From assembly GCF_964204645.1 (NCBI RefSeq), contig NC_134031.1, forward strand, positions 21,510,017 to 21,574,016: 64,000 nt of DNA, read 5' to 3'. Every line of letters starts with the position of its first letter. The first letter of the stretch is position 1. The stretch is from Tubulanus polymorphus (taxonomy: Eukaryota > Animalia > Nemertea). The notes under the pieces were generated by a model. That model did not search any database. It saw only the letters and a list, made by a program, of their open reading frames with translations, and was not told the origin of the DNA. Shown one piece after another: positions 30,001-45,000 of the stretch. The translations under genes were made by a program, and so were the position numbers.

Positions 30001-33000
30001 TTCTTGCAAAATAGGGTCCTAAAGATGATGAATTCTATCTTAATTGATGGGTTAGGTTGTACTGAACTGATTTCAAATAGATAGGTTAAAAGAATCAGAA
30101 TTTTCTGGCTGCTTTTGGTTCTGAAGATGATGGATTCAATCTGAAAAGATGTGTTAAGGCGTATTGAACTGATTTAAAATAGATAGGTGGAAAGATTAAG
30201 AATTTTCTGGCTATTTATGCTCCTGAAGATGATGGACTCGATCTGAAATGATAGGTTAAGGTAGACTGAACTGATTTCGAGTAGATGGACTGAAAGATAC
30301 AGATTTTTCTTGCAAAATAGGGTCCTAAAGATGATGAATTCTATCTTAATTGATGGGTTAGGGTGAACTGAATTGATTTCAAATAGATAGGTGGAAAGAA
30401 TCAGAATTTTCTGGCTGCCTTTGGTTCTGAAGATGATGGACTCAATCTGAAAAGATGGGCTAAGGCGTATTGAACTGATTTCAAATAGATAGGTGGAAAG
30501 ATTAAGAATTTTCTGGCTATTTATGCTCCTGAAGATGATGGACTCGATCTGAAATGATAGGTTAAGGTAAACTGAACTGATTTCGAGTAGATGGACTGAA
30601 AGATACAGATTTTTCTTGCAAAATAGGGTCCTAAAGATGATGAATTCTATCTTAATTGATGGGTTAGGGTGTACTGAACTGATTTCAAATAGATAGGTTG
30701 AAAGATTAAGAATTTTCTGGCTGCTTTTGGTTCTGAAGATGATGGATTCAATCTGAAAAGATGTGTTAAGGTGTATTGAACTGATTTCAAATAGATAGGT
30801 GGAAAGATTAAGAATTTTCTGGCTATTTATGCTCCTGAAGATGATGGACTCGATCTGAAATGATAGGTTAAGGTAAACTGAACTGATTTCGAGCAGATGG
30901 ACTGAAAGATACAGATTTTTCTTGCAAAATAGGGTCCTAAAGATGATGAGTTCTATCTTAATTGATGGGTTAGGGTGTACTGAACTGATTTCAAATAGAT
31001 AGGTTGAAAGAATCAGAATTTTCTGGCTGCTTTTGGTTCTGAAGATGATGGATTCAATCTGAAAAGATGTGTTAAGGCGTATTGAACTGATTTCAAATAG
31101 ATAGGTGGAAAGATTAAGAATTTTCTGGCTATTTATGCTCCTGAAGATGATGGACTCGATCTGAAATGATAGGTTAAGGTAAACTGAACTGATTCCGAGC
31201 AGATGGACTGAAAGATACAGATTTTTCTTGCAAAATAGGGTCCTAAAGATGATGAGTTCTATCTTAATTGATGGGTTAGGGTGTACTGAACTGATTTCAA
31301 ATAGATAGGTGGAAAGATTAAGAATTTTCTGGTTATTTATGCTCCTGAAGATGATGGACTCGATCTGAAATGATAGGTTAAGGTAAACTGAACTGATTTC
31401 GAGTAGATGGACTGAAAGATACAGATTTTTCTTGCAAAATAGGGTCCTAAAGATGATGAGTTCAATCTTAATTGATGGGTTAGGTTGTACTGAACTGATT
31501 TCAAATAGATAGGTGGAAAGATTAAGAATTTTCTGGTTATTTATGCTCCTGAAGATGATGGACTCGATCTGAAATGATAGGTTAAGGTAAACTGAACTGA
31601 TTTCGAGTAGATGGACTGAAAGATACAGATTGTTCTTGCAAAATAGGGTCCTAAAGATGATGAATTCTATCTTAATTGATGGGTTAGGGTGTACTGAACT
31701 GATTTCAAATAGATAGGTTGAAAGAATCAGAATTTTCTGGCTGCTTTTGGTTCTGAAGATGATGGATTCAATCTGAAAAGATGTGTTAAGGCGTATTGAA
31801 CTGATTTAAAATAGATAGGTGGAAAGATTAAGAATTTTCTGGCTATTTATGCTCCTGAAGATGATGGACTCGATCTGAAATGATAGGTTAAGGTAGACTG
31901 AACTGATTTCGAGTAGATGGACTGAAAGATACAGATTTTTCTTGCAAAATAGGGTCCTAAAGATGATGAGTTCTATCTTAATTGATGGGTTAGGGTGAAC
32001 TGAACTGATTTCAAATAGATAGGTGGAAAGAATCAGAATTTTCTGGCTGCCTTTGGTTCTGAAGATGATGGACTCAATCTGAAAAGATGGGCTTAGGCGT
32101 ATTGAACTGATTTCAAATAGATAGGTGGAAAGATTAAGAATTTTCTGGCTATTTATGCTCCTGAAGATGATGGACTCGATCTGAAATGATAGGTTAAGGT
32201 AAACTGAACTGATTTCGAGTAGATGGACTGAAAGATACAGATTTTTCTTCCAAAATAGGGTCCTAAAGATGATGAATTCTATCTTAATTGATGGGTTAGG
32301 GTGTACTGAACTGATTTCAAATAGATAGGTTGAAAGAATCAGAATTTTCTGGCTGCTTTTGGTTCTGAAGATGATGGATTCAATCTGAAAAGATGTGTTA
32401 AGGCGTATTGAACTGATTTCAAATAGATAGGTGGAAAGATTAAGAATTTTGTGGCTATTTATGCTCCTGAAGATGATGGACTCGATCTGAAATGATAGGT
32501 TAAGGTAGACTGAACTGATTTCGAGTAGATGGACTGAAAGATTCAGATTTTTCTTGCAAAATAGGGTCCTAAAGATGATGAGTTCTATCTTAATTGATGG
32601 GTTAGGGTGTACTGAACTGATTTCAAATAGATAGGTTGAAAGAATCAGAATTTTCTGGCTGCTTTTGGTTCTGAAGATGATGGATTCAATCTGAAAAGAT
32701 GTGTTAAGGCGTATTGAACTGATTTCAAATAGATAGGTGGAAAGATTAAGAATTTTGTGGCTATTTATGCTCCTGAAGATGATGGACTCGATGTGAAATG
32801 ATAGGTTAAGGTAGACTGAACTGATTTCGAGTAGATGGACTGAAAGATACAGATTTTTCTTGCAAAATAGGGTCCTAAAGATGATGAATTCTATCTTAAT
32901 TGATGGGTTAGGGTGAACTGAACTGATTTCAAATAGATGGGTGGAAAGAATCAGAATTTTCTGGCTGCCTTTGGTTCTGAAGATGATGGACTCAATCTGA

Positions 33001-36000
33001 AAAGATGGGCTGAGGCGTATTGAACTGATTTCAAATAGATAGGTGGAAAGATTAAGAATTTTCTGGCTATTTATGCTCCTGAAGATGATGGACTCGATCT
33101 GAAATGATAGGTTAAGGTAAACTGAACTGATTTCGAGTAGATGGACTGAAAGATACAGATTTTTCTTGCAAAATAGGGTCTTAAAGATGATGAATTCTAT
33201 CTTAATTGATGGGTTAGGTTGTACTGAACTGATTTCAAATAGATAGGTTAAAAGAATCAGAATTTTCTGGCTGCTTTTGGTTCTGAAGATGATGGATTCA
33301 ATCTGAAAGGATGTGTTAAGGCGTATTGAACTGATTTAAAATAGATAGGTGGAAAGATTAAGAATTTTCTGGCTATTTATGCTCCTGAAGATGATGGACT
33401 CGATCTGAAATGATAGGTTAAGGTAGACTGAACTGATTTCGAGTAGATGGACTGAAAGATACAGATTTTTCTTCCAAAATAGGGTCCTAAAGATGATGAG
33501 TTCTATCTTAATTGATGGGTTAGGGTGAACTGAACTGATTTCAAATAGATAGGTGGAAAGATTAAGAATTTTCTGGCTGCCTTTGGTTCTGAAGATGATG
33601 GACTCAATCTGAAAAGATGGGCTAAGGCGTATTGAACTGATTTCAAATAGATAGGTGGAAAGATTAAGAATTTTCTGGCTATTTATGCTCCTGAAGATGA
33701 TGGACTCGATCTGAAATGATAGGTTAAGGTAAACTGAACTGATTTCGAGTAGATGGACTGAAAGATACAGATTTTTCTTGCAAAATAGGGTCCTAAAGAT
33801 GATGAATTCTATCTTAATTGATGGGTTAGGGTGTACTGAACTGATTTCAAATAGATAGGTTGAAAGATTAAGAACTTTCTGGCTGCTTTTGGTTCTGAAG
33901 ATGATGGATTCAATCTAAAAAGATGGGTTAAGGCGTATTGAACTGATTTCAAATGGATAGGTGGAAAGATTAAGAATTTTCTGGCTATTTATGCTCCTGA
34001 AGATGATGGACTCGATCTGAAATGATAGGTTAAGGTAAACTGAACTGATTTCGAGTAGATGGACAGAAAGATACAGATTTTTCTTGCAAAATAGGGTCCT
34101 AAAGATGATGAATTCTATCTTAATTGATGGGTTAGGGTGAACTGAATTGATTTCAAATAGATAGGTGGAAAGAATCAGAATTTTCTGGCTGCCTTTGGTT
34201 CTGAAGATGATGGACTCAATCTGAAAAGATGGGCTAAGGCGTATTGAACTGATTTAAAATAGATAGGTGGAAAGATTAAGAATTTTCTGGCTATTTATGC
34301 TCCTGAAGATGATGGACTCGATCTGAAATGATAGGTTAAGGTAAACTGAACTGATTTCGAGTAGATGGACTGAAAGATACAGATTTTTCTTGCAAAATAG
34401 GGTCCTAAAGATGATGAATTCTATCTTAATTGATGGGTTAGGGTGTACTGAACTGATTTCAAATAGATAGGTTGAAAGATTAAGAATTTTCTGGCTGCTT
34501 TTGGTTCTGAAGATGATGGATTCAATCTGAAAAGATGTGTTAAGGCGTATTGAACTGATTTCAAATAGATAGGTGGAAAGATTAAGAATTTTCTGGCTAT
34601 TTATGCTCCTGAAGATGATGGACTCGATCTGAAATGATAGGTTAAGGTAAACTGAACTGATTCCGAGCAGATGGACTGAAAGATACAGATTTTTCTTGCA
34701 AAATAGGGTCCTAAAGATGATGAGTTCTATCTTAATTGATGGGTTAGGGTGTACTGAACTGATTTCAAATAGATAGGTGGAAAGATTAAGAATTTTCTGG
34801 TTATTTATGCTCCTGAAGATGATGGACTCGATCTGAAATGATAGGTTAAGGTAAACTGAACTGATTTCGAGTAGATGGACTGAAAGATACAGATTTTTCT
34901 TGCAAAATAGGGTCCTAAAGATGATGAGTTCAATCTTAATTGATGGGTTAGGTTGTACTGAACTGATTTCAAATAGATAGGTGGAAAGATTAAGAATTTT
35001 CTGGTTATTTATGCTCCTGAAGATGATGGACTCGATCTGAAATGATAGGTTAAGGTAAACTGAACTGATTTCGAGTAGATGGACTGAAAGATACAGATTT
35101 TTCTTGCAAAATAGGGTCCTAAAGATGATGAATTCTATCTTAATTGATGGGTTAGGGTGTACTGAACTGATTTCAAATAGATAGGTGGAAAGAATCAGAA
35201 TTTTCTGGCTGCTTTTGGTTCTGAAGATGATGGATTCAATCTGCAAAGATGTGTTAAGGCGTATTGAACTGATTTCAAATAGATAGGTGGAAAGATTAAG
35301 AATTTTCTGGCTATTTATGCTCCTGAAGATGATGGACTCGATCTGAAATGATAGGTTAAGGTAAACTGAACTGATTTCGAGTAGATGGACTGAAAGATAC
35401 AGATTTTTCTTGCAAAATAGGGTCCTAAAGATGATGAATTCTATCTTAATTGATGGGTTAGGGTGTACTGAACTGATTTCAAATGGATAGGTGGAAAGAT
35501 TAAGAATTTTCTGGTTATTTATGCTCCTGAAGATGATGGACTCGATCTGAAATGATAGGTTAAGGTAAACTGAACTGATTTCGAGCAGATGGACTGAAAG
35601 ATACAGATTTTTCTTGCAAAATAGGGTCCTAAAGATGATGAGTTCTATCTTAATTGATGGGTTAGGGTGTACTGAACTGATTTCAAATAGATAGGTTGAA
35701 AGAATCAGAATTTTCTGGCTGCTTTTGGTCCTGAAGATGATGGATTCAATCTGAAAAGATGTGTTAAGGCGTATTGAACTGATTTCAAATAGATAGGTGG
35801 AAAGATTAAGAATTTTCTGGCTATTTATGCTCCTGAAGATGATGGACTCGATCTGAAATGATAGGTTAAGGTAAACTGAACTGATTTCGAGTAGATGGAC
35901 TGAAAGATACAGATTTTTCTTGCAAAAAAGGGTCCTAAAGATGATGAATTCTATCTTAATTGATGGGTTAGGGTGAACTGAACTGATTTCAAATAGATGG

Positions 36001-39000
36001 GTGGAAAGAATCAGAATTTTCTGGCTGCCTTTGGTTCTGAAGATGATGGACTCAATCTGAAAAGATGGGCTAAGGCGTATTGAACTGATTTCAAATAGAT
36101 AGGTGGAAAGATTAAGAATTTTCTGGCTATTTATGCTCCTGAAGATGATGGACTCGATCTGAAATGATAGGTTAAGGTAAACTGAACTGATTCCGAGCAG
36201 ATGGACTGAAAGATACAGATTTTTCTTGCAAAATAGGGTCCTAAAGATGATGAGTTCTATCTTAATTGATGGGTTAGGGTGTACTGAACTGATTTCAAAT
36301 AGATAGGTGGAAAGATTAAGAATTTTCTGGTTATTTATGCTCCTGAAGATGATGGACTCGATCTGAAATGATAGGTTAAGGTAAACTGAACTGATTTCGA
36401 GTAGATGGACTGAAAGATACAGATTTTTCTTGCAAAATAGGGTCCTAAAGATGATGAATTCTATCTTAATTGATGGGTTAGGTTGTACTGAACTGATTTC
36501 AAATAGATAGGTGGAAAGATTAAGAATTTTCTGGTTATTTATGCTCCTGAAGATGATGGACTCGATCTGAAATGATAGGTTAAGGTAAACTGAACTGATT
36601 TCGAGTAGATGGACTGAAAGATACAGATTTTTCTTGCAAAATAGGGTCCTAAAGATGATGAATTCTATCTTAATTGATGGGTTAGGGTGTACTGAACTGA
36701 TTTCAAATAGATAGGTTGAAAGAATCAGAATTTTCTGGCTGCTTTTGGTTCTGAAGATGATGGATTCAATCTGAAAAGATGTGTTAAGGCGTATTGAACT
36801 GATTTCAAATAGATAGGTGGAAAGATTAAGAATTTTCTGGCTATTTATGCTCCTGAAGATGATGGACTCGATCTGAAATGATAGGTTAAGGTAGACTGAA
36901 CTGATTTCGAGTAGATGGACTGAAAGATACAGATTTTTCTTGCAAAATAGGGTCCTAAAGATGATGAGTTCTATCTTAATTGATGGGTTAGGGTGAACTG
37001 AACTGATTTCAAATAGATAGGTGGAAAGAATCAGAATTTTCTGGCTGCCTTTGGTTCTGAAGATGATGGACTCAATCTGAAAAGATGGGCTAAGGCGTAT
37101 TGAACTGATTTCAAATAGATAGGTGGAAAGATTAAGAATTTTCTGGCTATTTATGCTCCTGAAGATGATGGACTCGATCTGAAATGATAGGTTAAGGTAA
37201 ACTGAACTGATTTCGAGTAGATGGACTGAAAGATACAGATTTTTCTTGCAAAATAGGGTCCTAAAGATGATGAATTCTATCTTAATTGATGGGTTAGGGT
37301 GTACTGAACTGATTTCAAATGGATAGGTGGAAAGATTAAGAATTTTCTGGCTATTTATGCTCCTGAAGATGATGGACTCGATCTGAAATGATAGGTTAAG
37401 ATAAACTGAACTGATTTCGAGTAGATGGACTGAAAGATACAGATTTTTCTTGCAAAATATGGTCCTAAAGATGATGAGTTCTATCTTAATTGATGGGTTA
37501 GGGTGTACTGAACTGATTTCAAATAGATAGGTTGAGAGAATCAGAATTTTCTGGCTGCTTTTGGTTCTGAAGATGATGGATTCAATCTGAAAAGATGTGT
37601 TAAGGCGTATTGAACTGATTTCAAATAGATAGGTGGAAAGATTAAGAATTTTCTGGCTATTTATGCTCCTGAAGATGATGGACTCGATCTGAAATGATAG
37701 GTTAAGGTAAACTGAACTGATTTCGAGCAGATGGACTGAAAGATACAGATTTTTCTTGCAAAATAGGGTCCTAAAGATGATGAGTTCTATCTTAATTGAT
37801 GGGTTAGGGTGTACTGAACTGATTTCAAATAGATAGGTTGAAAGAATCAGAATTTTCTGGCTGCTTTTGGTTCTGAAGATGATGGATTCAATCTGAAAAG
37901 ATGTGTTAAGGCGTATTGAACTGATTTAAAATAGATAGGTGGAAAGATTAAGAATTTTCTGGCTATTTATGCTCCTGAAGATGATGGACTCGATCTGAAA
38001 TGATAGGTTAAGGTAAACTGAACTGATTTCGAGCAGATGGACTGAAAGATACAGATTTTTCTTGCAAAATAGGGTCCTAAAGATGATGAGTTCTATCTTA
38101 ATTGATGGGTTAGGGTGTACTGAACTGATTTCAAATAGATAGGTTGAAAGAATCAGAATTTTCTGGCTGCTTTTGGTTCTGAAGATGATGGATTCAATCT
38201 GAAAAGATGTGTTAAGGCGTATTGAACTGATTTCAAATAGATAGGTGGAAAGATTAAGAATTTTCTGGCTATTTATGCTCCTGAAGATGATGGACTCGAT
38301 CTGAAATGATAGGTTAAGGTAAACTGAACTGATTCCGAGCAGATGGACTGAAAGATACAGATTTTTCTTGCAAAATAGGGTCCTAAAGATGATGAGTTCT
38401 ATCTTAATTGATGGGTTAGGGTGTACTGAACTGATTTCAAATAGATAGGTGGAAAGATTAAGAATTTTCTGGTTATTTATGCTCCTGAAGATGATGGACT
38501 CGATCTGAAATGATAGGTTAAGGTAAACTGAACTGATTTCGAGTAGATGGACTGAAAGATACAGATTTTTCTTGCAAAATAGGGTCCTAAAGATGATGAG
38601 TTCAATCTTAATTGATGGGTTAGGTTGTACTGAACTGATTTCAAATAGATAGGTGGAAAGATTAAGAATTTTCTGGTTATTTATGCTCCTGAAGATGATG
38701 GACTCGATCTGAAATGATAGGTTAAGGTAAACTGAACTGATTTCGAGTAGATGGATTGAAAGATACAGATTTTTCTTGCAAAATAGGGTCCTAAAGATGA
38801 TGAATTCTATCTTAATTGATGGGTTAGGGTGTACTGAACTGATTTCAAATAGATAGGTTGAAAGAATCAGAATTTTCTGGCTGCTTTTGGTTCTGAAGAT
38901 GATGGATTCAATCTGAAAAGATGTGTTAAGGCGTATTGAACTGATTTCAAATAGATAGGTGGAAAGATTAAGAATTTTCTGGCTATTTATGCTCCTGAAG

Positions 39001-42000
39001 ATGATGGACTCGATCTGAAATGATAGGTTAAGGTAGACTGAACTGATTTCGAGTAGATGGACTGAAAGATACAGATTTTTCTTGCAAAATAGGGTCCTAA
39101 AGATGATGAGTTCTATCTTAATTGATGGGTTGGGGTGAACTGAACTGATTTCAAATAGATAGGTGGAAAGAATCAGAATTTTCTGGCTGCCTTTGGTTCT
39201 GAAGATGATGGACTCAATCTGAAAAGATGGGCTAAGGCGTATTGAACTGATTTCAAATAGATAGGTGGAAAGATTAAGAATTTTTTTGGCTATTTATGCT
39301 CCTGAAGATGATGGACTCGATCTGAGATGATAGGTTAAGGTAAACTGAACTGATTTCGAGTAGATGGACTGAAAGATACAGATTTTTCTTGCAAAATAGG
39401 GTCCTAAAGATGATGAATTCTATCTTAATTGATGGGTTAGGGTGTACTGAACTGATTTCAAATGGATAGGTGGAAAGATTAAGAATTTTCTGGCTATTTA
39501 TGCTCCTGAAGATGATGGACTCGATCTGAAATGATAGGTTAAGATAAACTGAACTGATTTCGAGTAGATGGACTGAAAGATACAGATTTTTCTTGCAAAA
39601 TATGGTCCTAAAGATGATGAGTTCTATCTTAATTGATGGGTTAGGTTGTACTGAACTGATTTCAAATAGATAGGTTGAGAGAATCAGAATTTTCTGGCTG
39701 CTTTTGGTTCTGAAGATGATGGATTCAATCTGAAAAGATGTGTTAAGGCGTATTGAACTGATTTCAAATAGATAGGTGGAAAGATTAAGAATTTTCTGGC
39801 TATTTATGCTCCTGAAGATGATGGACTCGATCTGAAATGATAGGTTAAGGTAAACTGAACTGATTTCGAGCAGATGGACTGAAAGATACAGATTTTTCTT
39901 CCAAAATAGGGTCCTAAAGATGATGAGTTCTATCTTAATTGATGGGTTAGGGTGTACTGAACTGATTTCAAATAGATAGGTTGAAAGAATCAGAATTTTC
40001 TGGCTGCTTTTGGTTCTGAAGATGATGGATTCAATCTGAAAAGATGTGTTAAGGCGTATTGAACTGATTTCAAATAGATAGGTGGAAAGATTAAGAATTT
40101 TCTGGCTATTTATGCTCCTGAAGATGATGGACTCGATCTGAAATGATAGGTTAAGGTAAACTGAACTGATTTCGAGCAGATGGACTGAAAGATACAGATT
40201 TTTCTTGCAAAATAGGGTCCTAAAGATGATGAGTTCTATCTTAATTGATGGGTTAGGGTGTACTGAACTGATTTCAAATAGATAGGTTGAAAGAATCAGA
40301 ATTTTCTGGCTGCTTTTGGTTCTGAAGGTGATGGATTCAATCTGAAAAGATGTGTTAAGGCGTATTGAACTGATTTCAAATAGATAGGTGGAAAGATTAA
40401 GAATTTTCTGGCTATTTATGCTCCTGAAGATGATGGACTCGATCTGAAATGATAGGTTAAGGTAGACTGAACTGATTTCGAGTAGATGGACTGAAAGATA
40501 CAGATTTTTCTTGCAAAATAGGGTCCTAAAGATGATGAGTTCTATCTTAATTGATGGGTTAGGGTGTACTGAACTGATTTCAAATAGATAGGTTGAAAGA
40601 ATCAGAATTTTCTGGCTGCTTTTGGTTCTGAAGATGATGGCTTCAATCTGAAAAGATGGGTTAAGGCGTATTGAACTGATGTCAAATAGATAGGTGGAAA
40701 GATTAAGAATTTTGTGGCTATTTATGCTCCTGAAGATGATGGACTCGATCTGAAATGATAGGTTAAGGTAGACTGAACTGATATCGAGTAGATGGACTGA
40801 AAGATACAGATTTTTCTTGCAAAATAGGGTCCTAAAGATGATGAATTCTATCTTAATTGATGGGTTAGGGTGAACTGAACTGATTTCAAATAGATGGGTG
40901 GAAAGAATCAGAATTTTCTGGCTGCCTTTGGTTCTGAAGATGATGGACTCAATCTGAAAAGATGGGCTGAGGCGTATTGAACTGATTTCAAATAGATAGG
41001 TGGAAAGATTAAGAATTTTCTGGCTATTTATGCTCCTGAAGATGATGGACTCGATCTGAAATGATAGGTTAAGGTAAACTGAACTGATTTCGAGTAGATG
41101 GACTGAAAGATACAGATTTTTCTTGCAAAATAGGGTCCTAAAGATGATGAATTCTATTTTAATTGATGGGTTAGGTTGTACTGAACTGATTTCAAATAGA
41201 TAGGTTGAAAGAATCAGAATTTTCTGGCTGCTTTTGGTTCTGAAGATGATGGATTCAATCTGAAAAGATGTGTTAAGGCGTATTGAACTGATTTAAAATA
41301 GATAGGTGGAAAGATTAAGAATTTTGTGGCTATTTATGCTCCTGAAGATGATGGACTCGATCTGAAATGATAGGTTAAGGTAGACTGAACTGATTTCGAG
41401 TAGATGGACTGAAAGATACAGATTTTTCTTGCAAAATAGGGTCCTAAAGATGATGAATTCTATCTTAATTGATGGGTTAGGTTGTACTGAACTGATTTCA
41501 AATAGATAGGTTAAAAGAATCAGAATTTTCTGGCTGCTTTTGGTTCTGAAGATGATGGATTCAATCTGAAAAGATGTGTTAAGGCGTATTGAACTGATTT
41601 AAAATAGATAGGTGGAAAGATTAAGAATTTTCTGGCTATTTATGCTCCTGAAGATGATGGACTCGATCTGAAATGATAGGTTAAGGTAGACTGAACTGAT
41701 TTCGAGTAGATGGACTGAAAGATACAGATTTTTCTTGCAAAATAGGGTCCTAAAGATGATGAATTCTATCTTAATTGATGGGTTAGGGTGAACTGAATTG
41801 ATTTCAAATAGATAGGTGGAAAGAATCAGAATTTTCTGGCTGCCTTTGGTTCTGAAGATGATGGACTCAATCTGAAAAGATGGGCTAAGGCGTATTGAAC
41901 TGATTTCAAATAGATAGGTGGAAAGATTAAGAATTTTCTGGCTATTTATGCTCCTGAAGATGATGGACTCGATCTGAAATGATAGGTTAAGGTAAACTGA

Positions 42001-45000
42001 ACTGATTTCGAGTAGATGGACTGAAAGATACAGATTTTTCTTGCAAAATAGGGTCCTAAAGATGATGAATTCTATCTTAATTGATGGGTTAGGGTGTACT
42101 GAACTGATTTCAAATAGATAGGTTGAAAGATTAAGAATTTTCTGGCTGCTTTTGGTTCTGAAGATGATGGATTCAATCTGAAAAGATGTGTTAAGGCGTA
42201 TTGAACTGATTTCAAATAGATAGGTGGAAAGATTAAGAATTTTCTGGCTATTTATGCTCCTGAAGATGATGGACTCGATCTGAAATGATAGGTTAAGGTA
42301 AACTGAACTGATTTCGAGCAGATGGACTGAAAGATACAGATTTTTCTTGCAAAATAGGGTCCTAAAGATGATGAGTTCTATCTTAATTGATGGGTTGGGG
42401 TGAACTGAACTGATTTCAAATAGATAGGTGGAAAGAATCAGAATTTTCTGGCTGCCTTTGGTTCTGAAGATGATGGACTCAATCTGAAAAGATGGGCTAA
42501 GGCGTATTGAACTGATTTCAAATAGATAGGTGGAAAGATTAAGAATTTTTTTGGCTATTTATGCTCCTGAAGATGATGGACTCGATCTGAAATGATAGGT
42601 TAAGGTAAACTGAACTGATTTCGAGTAGATGGACTGAAAGATACAGATTTTTCTTGCAAAATAGGGTCCTAAAGATGATGAGTTCAATCTTAATTGATGG
42701 GTTAGGTTGTACTGAACTGATTTCAAATAGATAGGTGGAAAGATTAAGAATTTTCTGGTTATTTATGCTCCTGAAGATGATGGACTCGATCTGAAATGAT
42801 AGGTTAAGGTAAACTGAACTGATTTCGAGTAGATGGACTGAAAGATACAGATTGTTCTTGCAAAATAGGGTCCTAAAGATGATGAATTCTATTTTAATTG
42901 ATGGGTTAGGTTGTACTGAACTGATTTCAAATAGATAGGTTGAAAGAATCAGAATTTTCTGGCTGCTTTTGGTTCTGAAGATGATGGATTCAATCTGAAA
43001 AGATGTGTTAAGGCGTATTGAACTGATTTAAAATAGATAGGTGGAAAGATTAAGAATTTTCTGGCTATTTATGCTCCTGAAGATGATGGACTCGATCTGA
43101 AATGATAGGTTAAGGTAGACTGAACTGATTTCGAGTAGATGGACTGAAAGATACAGATTTTTCTTGCAAAATAGGGTCCTAAAGATGATGAATTCTATCT
43201 TAATTGATGGGTTAGGTTGTACTGAACTGATTTCAAATAGATAGGTTAAAAGAATCAGAATTTTCTGGCTGCTTTTGGTTCTGAAGATGATGGATTCAAT
43301 CTGAAAAGATGTGTTAAGGCGTATTGAACTGATTTAAAATAGATAGGTGGAAAGATTAAGAATTTTCTGGCTATTTATGCTCCTGAAGATGATGGACTCG
43401 ATCTGAAATGATAGGTTAAGGTAAACTGAACTGATTTCGAGCAGATGGACTGAAAGATACAGATTTTTCTTGCAAAATAGGGTCCTAAAGATGATGAGTT
43501 CTATCTTAATTGATGGGTTAGGGTGTACTGAACTGATTTCAAATAGATAGGTTGAAAGAATCAGAATTTTCTGGCTGCTTTTGGTTCTGAAGATGATGGA
43601 TTCAATCTGAAAAGATGTGTTAAGGCGTATTGAACTGATTTCAAATAGATAGGTGGAAAGATTAAGAATTTTCTGGCTATTTATGCTCCTGAAGATGATG
43701 GACTCGATCTGAAATGATAGGTTAAGGTAGACTGAACTGATTTCGAGTAGATGGACTGAAAGATACAGATTTTTCTTGCAAAATAGGGTCCTAAAGATGA
43801 TGAGTTCTATCTTAATTGATGGGTTAGGGTGTACTGAACTGATTTCAAATAGATAGGTTGAAAGAATCAGAATTTTCTGGCTGCTTTTGGTTCTGAAGAT
43901 GATGGCTTCAATCTGAAAAGATGGGTTAAGGCGTATTGAACTGATGTCAAATAGATAGGTGGAAAGATTAAGAATTTTGTGGCTATTTATGCTCCTGAAG
44001 ATGATGGACTCGATCTGAAATGATAGGTTAAGGTAGACTGAACTGATATCGAGTAGATGGACTGAAAGATACAGATTTTTCTTGCAAAATAGGGTCCTAA
44101 AGATGATGAATTCTATCTTAATTGATGGGTTAGGGTGAACTGAACTGATTTCAAATAGATGGGTGGAAAGAATCAGAATTTTCTGGCTGCCTTTGGTTCT
44201 GAAGATGATGGACTCAATCTGAAAAGATGGGCTGAGGCGTATTGAACTGATTTCAAATAGATAGGTGGAAAGATTAAGAATTTTCTGGCTATTTATGCTC
44301 CTGAAGATGATGGACTCGATCTGAAATGATAGGTTAAGGTAAACTGAACTGATTTCGAGTAGATGGACTGAAAGATACAGATTTTTCTTGCAAAATAGGG
44401 TCCTAAAGATGATGAATTCTATTTTAATTGATGGGTTAGGTTGTACTGAACTGATTTCAAATAGATAGGTTGAAAGAATCAGAATTTTCTGGCTGCTTTT
44501 GGTTCTGAAGATGATGGATTCAATCTGAAAAGATGTGTTAAGGCGTATTGAACTGATTTAAAATAGATAGGTGGAAAGATTAAGAATTTTGTGGCTATTT
44601 ATGCTCCTGAAGATGATGGACTCGATCTGAAATGATAGGTTAAGGTAGACTGAACTGATTTCGAGTAGATGGACTGAAAGATACAGATTTTTCTTGCAAA
44701 ATAGGGTCCTAAAGATGATGAATTCTATCTTAATTGATGGGTTAGGTTGTACTGAACTGATTTCAAATAGATAGGTTAAAAGAATCAGAATTTTCTGGCT
44801 GCTTTTGGTTCTGAAGATGATGGATTCAATCTGAAAAGATGTGTTAAGGCGTATTGAACTGATTTAAAATAGATAGGTGGAAAGATTAAGAATTTTCTGG
44901 CTATTTATGCTCCTGAAGATGATGGACTCGATCTGAAATGATAGGTTAAGGTAGACTGAACTGATTTCGAGTAGATGGACTGAAAGATACAGATTTTTCT